From contig CM120648.1 of the NCBI GenBank assembly GCA_051362555.1, positions 13,140,587 through 13,204,586 of the forward strand: a DNA stretch of 64,000 bases. The letters run 5' to 3'. Both the position numbers and the translations under genes were made by a program. This stretch comes from Lingula anatina. Its lineage: Eukaryota > Animalia > Brachiopoda. Position 1 is the stretch's first letter. The number at the start of each line of letters is the position of its first letter. A model generated the notes under the pieces. The model was not told the origin of the DNA, did not search any database, and worked only from the letters and a program-made list of their open reading frames with translations. This document shows, piece after piece, positions 50,520 to 63,400 of the stretch.

Positions 50520-53500
50520 ATAACTCCTGGTCTGTTCTATAAAACTTATATATATGTCTATTGCTCCTAATTTCAGGTGATATCCACCCAAATCCGGGTC
50601 CTCATAAACGTCTTCAAAACTGGGTTGAGGGAGTTAATATAATGTTTGCTAACATCAGAAGCATCGGCGCTGAAAATGGTGCAAGATTCGAGGCAAACTC
50701 TTAAAAGCGTCAATCATCGGCTTATGTGAGGTGGGAAAGTTATCTACTAATCAGTTAAACACTGTCTACAACATCGAGGGTTTCCATTCTCCCATCTACT
50801 ACAACATTGGCCAAGGCTTATTAATCTATGTCAGCTCGAAAATAGTTTTCAAAGAATGTCCTGAGTTAAAGATTGACGATCTCAACTGCATCTGGATAGA
50901 ATTTCAGTTACAGTTTAAGCGGTTTTTATATGGCATCTTCTATAGGTCGCCTAGTCACACATCAACCGAAAGAGACAAGTTTGTAAACTTACGTAAAATG
51001 AGTCTCGAAAAAGCATGCCAACTAAATTCAATCGGTATTTTTATTAATGGAGACTTTAATGCTCACTGTCTTAATTGGTACAGAAAAGGTAGGGAAGACC
51101 TCACGGGTAAGCTTTTGAGCAGTGTGTTTTTAGAAAAAGGCTTCGATCAACTGATCCACGAGCCTACCAGGATACAAGGAAATTCCGTTTCTTGTATAGA
51201 TTTGACTCTGACAAACAGACCCGACTTTATTAACAGTGCCTTCGTAGACCCGCGCATTAGCCAAACGGATCATAGCACCCTCGTTACTGAACTTAGCATT
51301 ACTCAACCCAAACACGATCCTGTATATAGAACAATATGGAAGTACGATCAGGCTAATTTGGTGGCTTTAGACAAAGACATAAGCGAACATGACTGGGAAA
51401 CTTTATTTTCAAAAAATAATTATGATATTAACGTAAAAACTGAAGTTTTTACTGATTCTTTACTCTCTTTTTACAAATGCCATATACCCCATAAAAGAAG
51501 GCTGATCAGGTCAAATGACAAGCCATGGTTTAATGACCAAATCAAGCATGAGTTAAATAAGAAAAAGAAACTATATAAAAAAATGAGGATTAAACCTTCA
51601 GAAAGGAATGAAAATAATTACAAAATTCAGGCGATAAAAGTTAATGAATTAATAATTAAAACAAAAGAATCATTCCTTAATTCTAAAATAGAGAGCCTCG
51701 ACAATAAAGGTGATGATAGTAAATCATACTGGACCGCAATGAAAAATATTCTTGGGAAAGAGCGATCGTCTTCTATTCCTATTCTCAAAAACCCGAGAAA
51801 TGGATCTGTCGCGTTTACTGATCAAGAAAAGGCTGATGAATTTTTGTCCTATTTCTCATCAATGTACCACTCGGACTCTGTAGCAAATGTTGGCGAAATT
51901 CTCTTTCCTGTAAGAACTAATGCTTCCCTATCTCAGATACAATCCACTAGTAGTGAAATTAAATCGATAATTGATGATCTAGACCCATCCAAAGCTAACG
52001 GCCCTGACCTGATTACCGTCAAGTCAACTCTCCAAAAACTCCGTGGTGAAGCCCCTTAATATTTTGTTCAATGCAATTATTCAGTCTAATACCTTCCCCA
52101 ACATCTGGAAAATTGCCGAGATTTGCCCAATCTTTAAAAAGGACGATAAAAAATCTATTTTAAACTATAGACCAATTTCTTTACTTAGTATTATATCTAA
52201 GATTTTAGAGCGAATAATATATAATAGGGTGATTAACTTTATTCTGGACAACAAGCTCCTATACCCTAAACAATCCGGCTTTTTGAAGGGTCATAGCACA
52301 GAGCACCAGCTCTTGGCGATTCATAATTTAATTACGAGTAACTCTATTAATGGTTATGACACCAGAGGAGTCTTTCTCGATATAGAGGCTGCATTCGACA
52401 GAGTTCCCCATTCACTCCTTCTCTTTAAACTTAAGTCTTACGGTCTAACCGGCGAACTTCATGCACTATTGTCATCGTACTTGACAAATAGAAGAGTTAA
52501 AGTACGTGTTGGTGGGAAATCGTCTAATTTATCTAAGGGAGGTTACATAAATACAAGTGTACCCCAAGGTAGCATACTTGGCCCGTTACTTTTTCTCATA
52601 TATATAAATGACCTCCCTGACGGACTCTCTACCGATTGTTTCATCTATGCGGATGATACTTCCCTCTTTATGCCCTCGCGTCGGGGAGATGTCGATTCAC
52701 ACGCTATATTACAAGGTGACCTACGTACCATCGAAAATTGGTCCAATAAATGGAAACTGAATTTTAAACCGGCAAAGTGCCGCGAAATTATATTCGGCAA
52801 AGAAAATAATACTAATACATACCCTGGATTGTATATTAACAATACCATGATACCTAGGTCTAAGAGCCATAAACACCTGGGACTAGTACTTGATTCAAAA
52901 CTAAATTTTAACGATCATACTGATCTTGTTTGCGAAAAGGTTCAACGGGCTGTAAATGCACTAAAACCTCTATACTGCAAAGTTAGGTCCAAACATTTAA
53001 ATGTTATATATAATGCCTTCATCCAATCACAATTTGATTACTGTGACATCTTCTATCATAACTCACTCCAGAAGAAATTATTGAAACTATCGTCTCTTCA
53101 ATACCAAGCCGGCATTATATAATACATGTAGTACTGGGAGCCTTACCTAGCTCTTGTACCTCCAAAATATTTGAACAACTAAATTGGATTTCTCTATTTG
53201 ATAGAAGAAAAATGCACGCTCAAAAAATTATGTTTTCAGTTATGGCGAATTTGGTCCCCTCCTATGTTTCTGATAGTTTCCGCCCATTCAGAAACTCCTT
53301 TCCAATCATAACACGAGAAAATAACAAAAGAGACTTTAAACTTCCTCCTAAATACCCCCGTACCCCAGTTAACTATTTCCTAATGTCTTCATGGGATCAA
53401 CTCTCCTCCTCCACTAAATCTTTACCTTCAATCTCATCTTTCGAGAACTCAATAAAAAATCACCTCACTGCTTGGTCGCTTTCAACAACACTAAACTTGG

Positions 53501-54050
53501 ACAGAAATCAAGAAAAAATTCTTAACAGAGCGAGGGTCGGGTGTTTATTTAGAGCAGAATTGTTTAGGCATAACTGGACTACTATTGACACACCACACAG
53601 CAACCGGGGTTCCCTTGAAACTCCTCTGCACTTCTTTTTCAGATGTCCCTCACTCAATTTAAAGTACCCTCCCCTTTACCAAAAAGTAAATGAAATTATA
53701 CATGAAAGTAACACATCTTTTAAAACACAAAAAGAAAAGCTGTCCCTATTTCTCTACGGTCATGGATCTTTATCACCCACCCAAAATGAAATTATCTTTG
53801 AAACTGTTGCAAATTTTCTTCTCGAAAACTTTGTCATCACTTAATAGGTACTATCTCTTTTCTTCTCCTTTCTTTCTGTTCTTAATTTGTGCTCCATAAT
53901 ATTTGAAGTTTTACATTTACTCTGTTGTATATATGTATATATGTATCCATTTGTTTTATTTATTTATTTATTTAATTTTGTGGAGAGCATATAATGCTTC
54001 CAGCGCCTTGCCTCCATTTCTTACTTTTGAATAAATGTTGTTAAAAAAAA
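50520..54050 (+). mobile_element. Non-LTR retrotransposon (APE endonuclease + reverse transcriptase; CR1/L2-group-like), disrupted ORF2
   Basis: FANIRS (APE start), YRSP, GDFNAH, PTR..SCIDL, TDHS in 50640-52059; K..GPD, NYRPISLL, QSGF, FLDIEAAFDRV, VPQGSILGPLLF, YADD in 52043-53122; C-terminal HFFFRCP in 53212-53844; AATAAA plus A-run near 54030-54050. Stops and frameshifts at ~50702, ~52050 and 53120. Confidence 0.93.
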
Positions 54051-54107
54051 TTTATTAATAATGAGCTACTAGGACAGTCCCGCCTCAGGCAGTTTTAGCA
54101 CCTGTTG

Positions 54108-54215
54108 AATAAATAGTGACGTAAGTGAATGACTCGGCCTGATGAGATGCGGGCAGGTAGGATGATAGGGTCATATAAACTGACGTACAGGGACAACTTA
54201 ACCAGCTCCATTATC
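54108..54215 (+). promoter_or_regulatory. Putative core promoter of peptide gene C
   Basis: TGACGTAA 54117-54124, TGACTC, TATAAA 54174-54179, TGACGTA 54181-54187. Confidence 0.65.
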
Positions 54216-54258
54216 ACTGCAGATTGGATAAAATATTGTCTTACAATATAACGTGAAG

Positions 54259-54352
54259 ATGAGGACCGTACTTGTTCTGCTCTTGGTTTTTACGGTTGTC
54301 GCGGCTCGGTAGGTAGTTTTACACTTGACGGCTTCCTTTCGGTGTCCTATGG

Positions 54353-54409
<57 letters not shown>

Positions 54410-57400
54410 TTGTTGTTGTTGTTAAACTGGGACCAGTCATCGGTGTGGTCGTAGCAAGAAGGCACAACAATCGCTTTGGTTGCAGAATGAATGCTCATTT
54501 GTTTGGCCAGTTGTCGGCACGTTAAGTATTTATTACTCTCAAACAAGGCCATACTAGGGGGCATGGAAAGGACGCCGTCCAGTTTAAAGGGAAGGGGAGT
54601 TACATGCGACTTTCAGATTTCGCCGACTATTTTATTAAATTATTTTAAATTTGCACGGACTGTAAATTGCTTTTTAAAATAATCGTCTCCCTTAACTCAC
54701 CATACTCGGATTTCTTATTATTGTTGAGAATTTTTCACAAATGGTTTTTCTTTCAAAACAGGTTAGGATTCTCGGAGGAACAAGGTAGAGGGTAAGTGAA
54801 CATTAAAACAACCTTAACTTGTTCCAACTCGTATGGACTCCCATTAGAGAAAGGTCCCATTTTATATTTGCTGTTGTTTTTTCCATTTTTTCCCAAAGCT
54901 GAATGAAAAATGGGGATTGATGATTTTAAATGGATAATAAATTTGCATTCTTGTACCCATAGAATTTTGACTCCCCTAGTCTTTCAAATACACACACTGG
55001 ACAATAGAAGTGTCACCCCCTAAATCAGAGTAATAAAAGTAGGCAGATCTTGGGTAGTTATAATGCCTGATCTACTTATAATGAGACTTATGAGTATAAA
55101 ACCGCTATACCAGGGGATTGTATTGTTGGTCTTGTACAAGTACAGCAAATTTTATTCCTGTCTTCCTCCAATATGGCAAGATACAGGCAATTATCTAACG
55201 GTTACAGGCGTCAAGTTATTAACCTGAAGAGGCGGAATATAAGCAATGTCAGAATATCGATACAATTGAATTGTTCAGTCAGAACCGTGCAGAGGTTCTG
55301 GTCTCGGTATAGAAACCCTGGATCAAGAGACAAATTGCCTCTGATGGGTCGTCCAAGAAAAACTACTGGCCGTGAAGACCGACGACTGATTTTGATGTCC
55401 AGGTTGTCAAAGTTTGACACTGCTTGTCAGTTGACAACACAGTGGAACAATTTCATACATAAGAATGTGTCTGTGAAAATTGCTAGGCGTCGGTTACATG
55501 CTCAGAGAGTGTACAGCAGGGTAGCAAGACTGAAATCTCTTATATCGTTACAAAACAGGCAACGTAGAGTGAACTAGGGTCAACAGGATCTGGAACTGGA
55601 CAGTTCATGACAATTGTTCCTATATATTTTTTTTCTGATAAGTGTCGCTTTGGTCTGACCTCTGATGACAGACTGGTGCGATATGCTGGCGAACTGCTGG
55701 TAAAGCATTTGTACCACATGCACTGAATTTTCGAACCCGGAGCAGTATATTCATCATGGTGTGGGGCTGCATCAGTATCCATGGCTTGGGCGAATTGATA
55801 GTGGTTGATGGAAACACGATCGAATCACTAGAAATATATCGATGTTTTGGAGTCAGGCTTGCTACCATCTATTACTAACATGTTTGGTGACAGGAATTAT
55901 CCATTTGTTCACCAGGATGCTCCTTGTCACAGGCCCAGAGCAGTTGATCATTGGTTTGACCAACAGGGCATTCGCAGGGTGATGTGGCCTGCCCAGAGTC
56001 CGGATGCAAACATAATGGAAAATGTGTGGAATGATATGTCAAAACTTTTGACAAATGCCCGTCTAACCAGCAGAGAAACTCTGTTATATTCAGTGTTTCA
56101 TGCTTGAGCCAGCAGAAGCCCTGGACGCACCAGACAATTATATGAATCCTTGCCTCGTAGACTGGCACCTATTATTAGGTCACTTGGCTATGCCACTAAG
56201 TACTAATTTTGGACTTGAAACTGCATATTTTGGTAGAATGTATATTTTGTTATCATTTTGTGATTTTTTGTGAAATTTGATGTTAATAAAATGATACTAG
56301 GAGTCATTCCACAATCATTTATCTCTCCCATAGTATTGGTTCAGTAGGGGTGACACTTGTCCAGTGTGTGTATTTCCAATATAATCTTCATAAAGGAAAA
56401 GTTAAGGAAAGGTGTTGAAATGATCATCAAATATTAAATTAGATAGCTTTTTCATAGGATAGTTATTGGGTGATAAAATGCCCTTTTTTAATTTTCTTAT
56501 TTTTCATTTTTTTTTTTTTTTTTTTTTTAGATTTTTCACCCAATATTTTACTATCACACTTTCGAATATTTCCAATATAATCTTCATAAAGTAAAAGTAA
56601 AGGAAAAAATTTGGAATGATCATCAAATATTAAATAGATAGCTCTTTCACAGGGGAGTCACTGGGTGATAAAATGCACATTTTTGATTTTCATATTTTTC
56701 ATGTTTTCTTTTAATCCAATAGTTAACCATCAAACTTTCAATTATTTCCAATATAATCTTCATAAAGTAAATTTAAAGAAAAGACGTAGAAATGATCATC
56801 CAATATCAAATAAATAGCTTTTTCATAAAGAAGACAATGGGCGGTAAAGTGCACATTTTTAATTTTCTTATTTTTTCATGAAAATTTTCACCTGCAAACT
56901 AAAAAAGTGCCAATGTATCCCCCATTTTACATACTACAAGATCACAGTCATATACTCAAATAAAATAAGATTTAGGCCACACTTTTTTTATTTTTATGGA
57001 TGACATCCTCTGGGTACCCCAAAATCGGTGCGAGAGGGCGAAAAAAAAAAACAGTCCAAAAAAAAAAACTGCTTAAGTAAAGGAATGCTGTCAGTACACA
57101 GCTGGAAACACAAATTTAACCACAGAGACACGTATCAAACTAACAATATGTCTTTATCCATGCTCTCAAAATATTAAAGCATTGTGAATACTTCGTAGAA
57201 ATGTAAAAAAAAAGTCATGAATTGATATACTTCATATTACCAAATCTATTTAAGGTTATTTCATGCATTCATTTGGTATAGCAATCAATAAAACAAATAT
57301 CAATCAAACAGTGTGTCTTTATTTGTATTCTCAGAATATTAAAACATTTTGAACACTTCACAGAAATGTTTAAAAAATGAGGCAAAGATATGCTTAATAC

Positions 57401-60400
57401 TACCAAATCTATTAAAGGTCATTTCAGACGATGCCATTTTGTCAACTTCAACTCACACGAAGCAGCTAAACTGTCAGGTGGCCTGTCCGACCTTCAGCCC
57501 ACCAAATACCTCGACGCCCCTTGTCGACCCTTTTTTCGCTACAGAAAACCTGGTATTAATGTGCTGCTTTAAACAGAATGTCACAGAAATGTTTCGGCCG
57601 CCGCCAGCCTTTCGCACAATTGTAAAAAGGTGATATCTCCATGCCCAATATCAATGGCATACCAATCCAAAACGATGGCGCCCGTTCTCTTTATGACTTA
57701 TTGTTGTGTAATTTGAAAGTAATCCTAGAGATGAATTTGACAGCAAAGTGGCCGCATTTCCACGTGGCGAAAATACGCATGCGCAGAAAGCTCATTTCCT
57801 TGCAAATTCAATAACAACGTTTGCGACAACCGACTTCGTTGGGGGCTGGGGGGGGCTTTTTTTTTTTTTTTTTTTTGGAGAACGGACGAAAATCCATGCG
57901 CGCGCAGGATGTCATCCATAAAATTAAAAAAGTGTGGCCTTATGAAGTTTTGTGGAGGGGGAGTCAAATTTTCATGGGGGGAGTCAGATTTTCATTATGA
58001 AAATCTGACTGGGGTAGTCAGATTTTCATGGGAGTCAGATTTTCATGTTACACCGGGCATATATTTGGCTCTGTAGCCATTATATCGTGGACACACAAGC
58101 ACGAAATGGTACTCGTCCTCTATGTATGCTTCATTATAAGCGTTGCAGCAGAAATCACAATGTCTAAATTTGGGATCTATATTCTGATATCTACCCCTCT
58201 CGATTTTCAAATCATGACATGACGTTCTGAGCCGTGATAAGGCACTTCGCAATATCGTAGGTAAATACCCCTTGATAGATATTGTGCAAGATATTACATT
58301 GATGAGTCAACAGTGCGTGCGTTTTTTTTTTTTTTTTTTTTGTTTTTTTTAACAACAACACTTGTGTCATCACTGTTGTGCAAAGTATAGCCTTAATTTG
58401 AGAGGTTAATACACGTTAGACAGCAAACGGAGCCAAAAATCTTGAGTTTCCACTTTAAGTACGGGTGTTCTCTTCACGTCCCTGCATTGTTTCTTATAAA
58501 TATCTTTTTTTCTCGCATCGTTGATACCCCCCCCCCCCCCGCCACCTCCCACCCCACGCAGAGAGAGAGTTCAACCTGTAGGCTACCATAAATTTCGATC
58601 ACATTAAAGCACTCTTGTCACCTCACCTGGTGACACCGTTTCTATTGTGTCTTTGGATCTGCGTTCGTGTACTTGGAAGTGGCTGAATGTATTCCACGAC
58701 TTGACTTGAACTTTAGGCACTCCTGCGATCTCACTTCGGGGCCTATAGTGTAAAGGTCATGGGACGTTTTTAAAGTTGGGAATACATGCTTTATTTTTTG
58801 GACAATTTCCTTTTTCAGTTTTATTTAGAGCCATTGTAATTTATCTTACACTACAGTTGAGAGATTCATATTTGCTGTATCGCATGTGCCAAAGGTAAAC
58901 AGTGAGGCCATTAAGTATAGAAGATCCGAGGATCTTTTGATCCACGGATAAAATATGACGGACCCTACATGAAAGAAGAACCGACTACCCCTTCGAAATT
59001 TTGTTTCGTTTTACATTTCTCAAGCTATTATAAAACATTTGGTGTATTTTTTTTTATTTTTTTTTTTAATTTTTTACAGTTCTCATGTTGTTTTGTAACG
59101 AATTTAAGAGTTCGAGAACTGTTTCTGGGAAGTCCTTCAGAACTGTAAAATAAAAAAAATTTGAACCAGCGCAAGTTTTTATTTACTTTCAACTTCAACA
59201 TTTTTTTTTTTAAGTCTTACATTACATTCAAACCACGTGTGACCAACAAACATGTCACAACTTCACCCCGCATGGAGTCCACACTCTCTCCAACATGGAA
59301 AAACTACTCCTTCACTCCTTTTTTACCACTGCATATTCACCTCTAACACAATTTAACACAATTGGTCACAACCATACAACAACCATATTTGACATTAAAA
59401 GAGAAAAACATTATGTTCTAGGACAGATTTAGAACCGCGAGTGAGCGTTAAATGAGACAAATTTTCGCAAGGATAATCCGCTGATGGTGTTTCGCCTCCA
59501 CACTCGCCAGTAAACGGCTGCGAGGTTTAATTGCTAGACCCCTGCAAGGACGGCGCGTTAGTCGGCTCTTCTTTCGTATAGGGTCCCCCATATTTGATCC
59601 GTGGATCAGAAGATTCTTGGATCTTCTGTTCTCAAGAGCCTAAAGCACTTCTGCCATATCTCATTTAGTGTCACCGTGTCTTTAGAGGCGTAATGTTTAC
59701 GTTGGGGTTATTATATATTGGCGACATATAGAACTTTAGGTTCTTTATATGGTTGAGAATTCATGTTTTATTGTACCACCAGCGTAAGTGATGGCGGTAT
59801 ACATGTTGCATGTTTTATTATTGCATATTTTTGACAATGGACTTATTTAATTTTTATTAAGAGCCATTGCAGTAGTAGTAGCAGTAGCAGTAGTTGTATT
59901 AAATATGTGTAAAAGTTACAAGCATCTTTGCAAAGGGCAGAGTCAAGTAACGCTCTGCAGGTGTCCGTCACGTGGTGTTCATGGGTTTCATATAGGCCTA
60001 CCTGTGGCATGGTAAGTCCTAACAATTCTCTGTTCTTATTCCCCAGAGAGTGTCAAGGAATTACCAAGTGCCTTCTCCTGAAGGTTATCAAACGTGCCGT
60101 TGACAACCAGAGGATGGAAAGGTAAATAACTGCCTTATTTTGGAAAGGTGTAAGTTTTATTTATTTTTATGTATTTTTTTTCGTGCCACACTCTGATTTT
60201 TGACTCCAGATTTCGGTGAAATTTTAGAAACCCATGTAGAATATCGACGACCGAACAATTACGTACCCATGACACCTTTCGATCAGTCATTCAAAATATT
60301 ACGTTTAGCCCAGTATTTGACTTGTCTTATTTTGCTTTATATGGAGTATTTTCTGATTTTATATATTAACAGCTCCGAGCACTCAAACATTGAACATGTG

Positions 60401-60436
60401 CCCCCCCAGAAGGTTGTCAAACGCAGCGTGAAGTAA
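54259..60436 (+). CDS. Secreted peptide precursor copy C (exons 54259-54308, 54762-54791, 60047-60121, 60373-60436): MRTVLVLLLVFTVVAARLGFSEEQGRGECQGITKCLLLKVIKRAVDNQRMESSEHSNIEHVPPQKVVKRSVK* (72 aa)
   Basis: Same splice sites and phases as copy B; exon 2 is one codon shorter (30 nt), so frame is preserved. Probable terminal exon from 60716. Confidence 0.8.
54991..56370 (+). mobile_element. Tc1/mariner DNA transposon, full length, transposase inactivated
   Basis: TIRs CACACACTGGACAA...GTGTCACCCC / GGGGTGACAC...TTGTCCAGTGTGTG; TA target duplications at 54989-54990 and 56371-56372. Confidence 0.93.
55173..56206 (+). pseudogene. Tc1-family DDE transposase pseudogene
   Basis: HTH region SVRTVQR, GRPRKTT.REDR, MVWGCI, HQDAPCH, WPAQSPDANIMENVW, terminal GYATKY*; broken by a stop at 55575-55577 and by frameshifts. 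Confidence 0.9.
56975..57939. mobile_element. Non-autonomous TIR element with TTA target duplication (PIF/Harbinger-like)
   Basis: TIR GGCCACACTTTTTT(T)ATTTT(T)ATGGATGACATCCT at both ends; TTA at 56972-56974 and 57940-57942; the empty site AAGATTTATGAAG is seen in other foldback subunits (e.g. 49772-49784). Confidence 0.82.
58058..58255 (-). mobile_element. LINE ORF2 3' fragment
   Basis: RSALSRLRTSCHDLKIERGRY...RHCDFC...IEDEYHFVLVCPRY..YR is the typical C-terminal Cys/His region of non-LTR retrotransposon ORF2. Confidence 0.8.
58917..59630. mobile_element. Non-autonomous element with ~110-bp imperfect terminal inverted repeats (only the left end is retained in copy B, at ~41978)
   Basis: AGAAGATCCGAGGATCTT(T)TGATCCACGGAT...GAAAGAAGAACCGACTA is mirrored by TAGTCGGCTCTTCTTTC...ATCCGTGGATCAGAAGATTCTTGGATCTTCT. 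Confidence 0.6.
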
Positions 60437-63400
60437 ACAAAGTAAATGCACACGGAAAAGGTGACCCAGATTTTTCTTTAATTGGGCGTGAGAGCAAATT
60501 CATTTAATATATTTTTATCAAAAAACTATATTTTAAAATGTTAACGTTACGTTTCCACTCAATGCTACAAATCAGATTTGATTATTATTACGGTTCCAGC
60601 CTAGTCGATAGTTGCTCATGACTGAAGTTAAAAACGAACGATAACAAAATGTAGATATTGAATTTACGATACTATCCGTCCGTTTAAAAGAAATATCCGA
60701 TTTCTTTCGTTACAGGTGTCTGTTCAATGTCCGTTGAATGCAGTTGGAAACCTTTCTTGGAGAAACACTGAAGAGTGCCCTGAGTGCCCATATATTTACT
60801 GCTACATTTGATACAGAACATTAAAAGCACATGTACTAGTTAAAATCTTTTTTTTTTCTGATGCAGCCTTAAGCAAAGTGTCAAATATTATGACCCTGAG
60901 TTATACATTGTTACAGTCGCTCTTCGCTTACATTTTGAGAATTAAACGTTTATCTTATATTATAAAGGTCTACCGTACCACTTATTGTTTGTGAAGTTGT
61001 ACTCTTTGTGCACAATATCTGAGTTATCGGACCTTAGAGAGGACACCAATATTGGGGTCTGGTCTCTCTCGCGGCGATGTGTGCTAGTCGGACCAGCGTT
61101 AGAACGTGCTTGCTCCACAACTCACATAGTCTTTATAAACCGCTGAAGTAAAAAATAAATGAATAGATTAATAAAATCTATGAGAAATCACGCAATTCTG
61201 TTAATTAGTATCTTTTTGCAAACCGTTATTTTTAGCATCTTTAATACATGTATTTAAATTAAGACACCAAGTGTAAAAGTACATGTAGGTATACACCTGT
61301 CTTGATTTTTTTGTACTATATGAATTAAAACGTATCGAAATACAACTTATTAATCCAATTTTGTCTGCAAAATTAATTTTTTAGAGAGAGTTGAGGACGA
61401 GATACAATGGGGAAAAGGCGTAACAGTAAAGGGAGATATTTTTGAAACAGCGCGTTTAAAATTTGGTTGAGCCACGATCCCCAGCGTATTGTGCTTTTGT
61501 TGTCACATCTTTGTCTTCTCTAACACAATCTTCAGCCTGCAATCTTCCATACCTGTCGCAGTATTGTTATTCAAATAAGACCAATCACATGCGACAACTA
61601 TTCAAGATGCCACGAAGGAAGACAGATTTTCAGGCAGACTGTGAAGATTTCCGTGAATGCAACATGATATATCCAGCGCTTCCTGATTGAATTTTCCGCA
61701 TCAGCGTGTAAGTAGCCTACAGTTTGTATGCGACTTTTCTAGCAACAGTATGTGACAAATACGCATAACATTTTCTAGTAAGATGGGGTATTTCAAAACT
61801 GAACCCTTGTGTCAAATTCTCTGCTTGTTAGCTAATCACACAGAACGCATGGGGGTGTTTTCACTGTTTATATCTTAGCTGTTTATTTTGTCGTTTGTAG
61901 ATGCTGTATTTTAGCGATATTTAGTGTTGACATTTGATACTAATAGAACTTGGTACATGAACTTTCGTAAACAGCATAAATAATGATTATAAGTGACTTT
62001 TGGTTATCGCACCTTCAAGGGCAATATGACCTAATATTGCTACAGATGTACAAGCATGTTTAATGCAGTGTAATTGCGGTTCCCTGTATATTCTCGAATG
62101 AAATCAACAGAAGAAACCTGTGAATTTCTTATTTTTGTCCATTGTTTTGTTCTTGCACGCTGCCCTGGTATACGCAATACACGAATTTTTAAGTGCATTG
62201 TCACAACGTTGACTTAAGCGCTGTGGAATAAATGATTTCTTATCTAACTTAATACTTAATTTCTAATTTCAGTTGTCCAGGCATACGAGTAATAAAGATG
62301 AAGATCGTTTCCTAGGGGGAAATAACAACAGTTCAAATGAACTTCTAACGGTCAATAATGTGGATGTATGTTATACGAATGCGGTGTACATGTACGGTGA
62401 CACTGTCCAGAATGCGCTAGTAGTGAAGTAGTAAAGGACGAGCTGATTAAATGAGAACTCACTTTGATTACTTGGGATCATAGTGCCTACTCAATGTACG
62501 TTTGAAACATAACCTATCAAAACTTAAATTGGTACAGACCATTTATATGTATAGGGTGTTTAAAAATATGACGGTGCAAATAGAAATAGTAACTAATTTT
62601 ACTGTTTGCGAGATTTCTAAATATTTTGATTAACTTAAAGTATCTGTGCCAGGGTTAAAGGGTTGTAATTACATCAAAGTAGGAATGTTGAATTGATGAA
62701 ACGGGGACGATGTGACTGGAATAGTAGTCCTAGAAATGGCATAATCATTGTCCTATTTACATTATTTCTTGGTGATGATGTTTGATTACTTTTTAATGGC
62801 TAAAAGACAAGAAGAATGGTTAAGGAATCTAAGATTCTGTCTACGTTTGTAACATTACCCAGCGTACTTAAATCGGTACAAACAATTTTACTGATATTAA
62901 TAGGACCTTCTGAACGATGACGGGACGTAGCGAAATGGTTGCTACCCGGTAATTCAAGTTTGCGAGATTTTGAAATATTTTTGATAATCTAAACATTTTA
63001 TGCAGAACAAACTCCATGTCGCTTCTTGAGACATGGATTTTTCCATGGTCTGTAAGGATAATTTCCTCTGTGTTACTATATAATATACGAGTCCATTCAC
63101 AACAGATGATCCGCCGACTAATATGACCGACCCCACTAAAAACAATGCCGCTTAATTCCTGATGGTCTCCCTGCCTCCAGAGGCTCCGAGATTTAACTGC
63201 TAGGCCCCTGCAGCGAAGGCGTGTGTGGAGGCGGGGAGATCATCAGGTAATAAGTCGGCAGTGCTTTTAAGTGAATCGGCCTTATTTAGTTTGCAGATAT
63301 GTTAGTTCACGGATCAAGTTCTTCAGAATGCGTTCTATGGTATACAGTTTTGATCAGTTTACAGATTTTATTTGTACTCCGACGAAAATGGTAAATAGAT

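Larger units (their letters stand above)
54832..58057. mobile_element. Second, left-truncated copy of the foldback element, with two nested insertions, in intron 2 of peptide gene C
   Basis: Same right terminus ...GGGAGTCAGATTTTCATGTTACACCGGG at ~58030-58057; internal units match 48380-48430 and 49560-49790. Confidence 0.75.

Noticed and set aside
54198-54564. Poly-Lys/poly-Phe ORFs and the antisense ORF at 39610-39819
   Set aside because: Artefacts of a poly-T tract and of the antisense strand of the signal-peptide exons.
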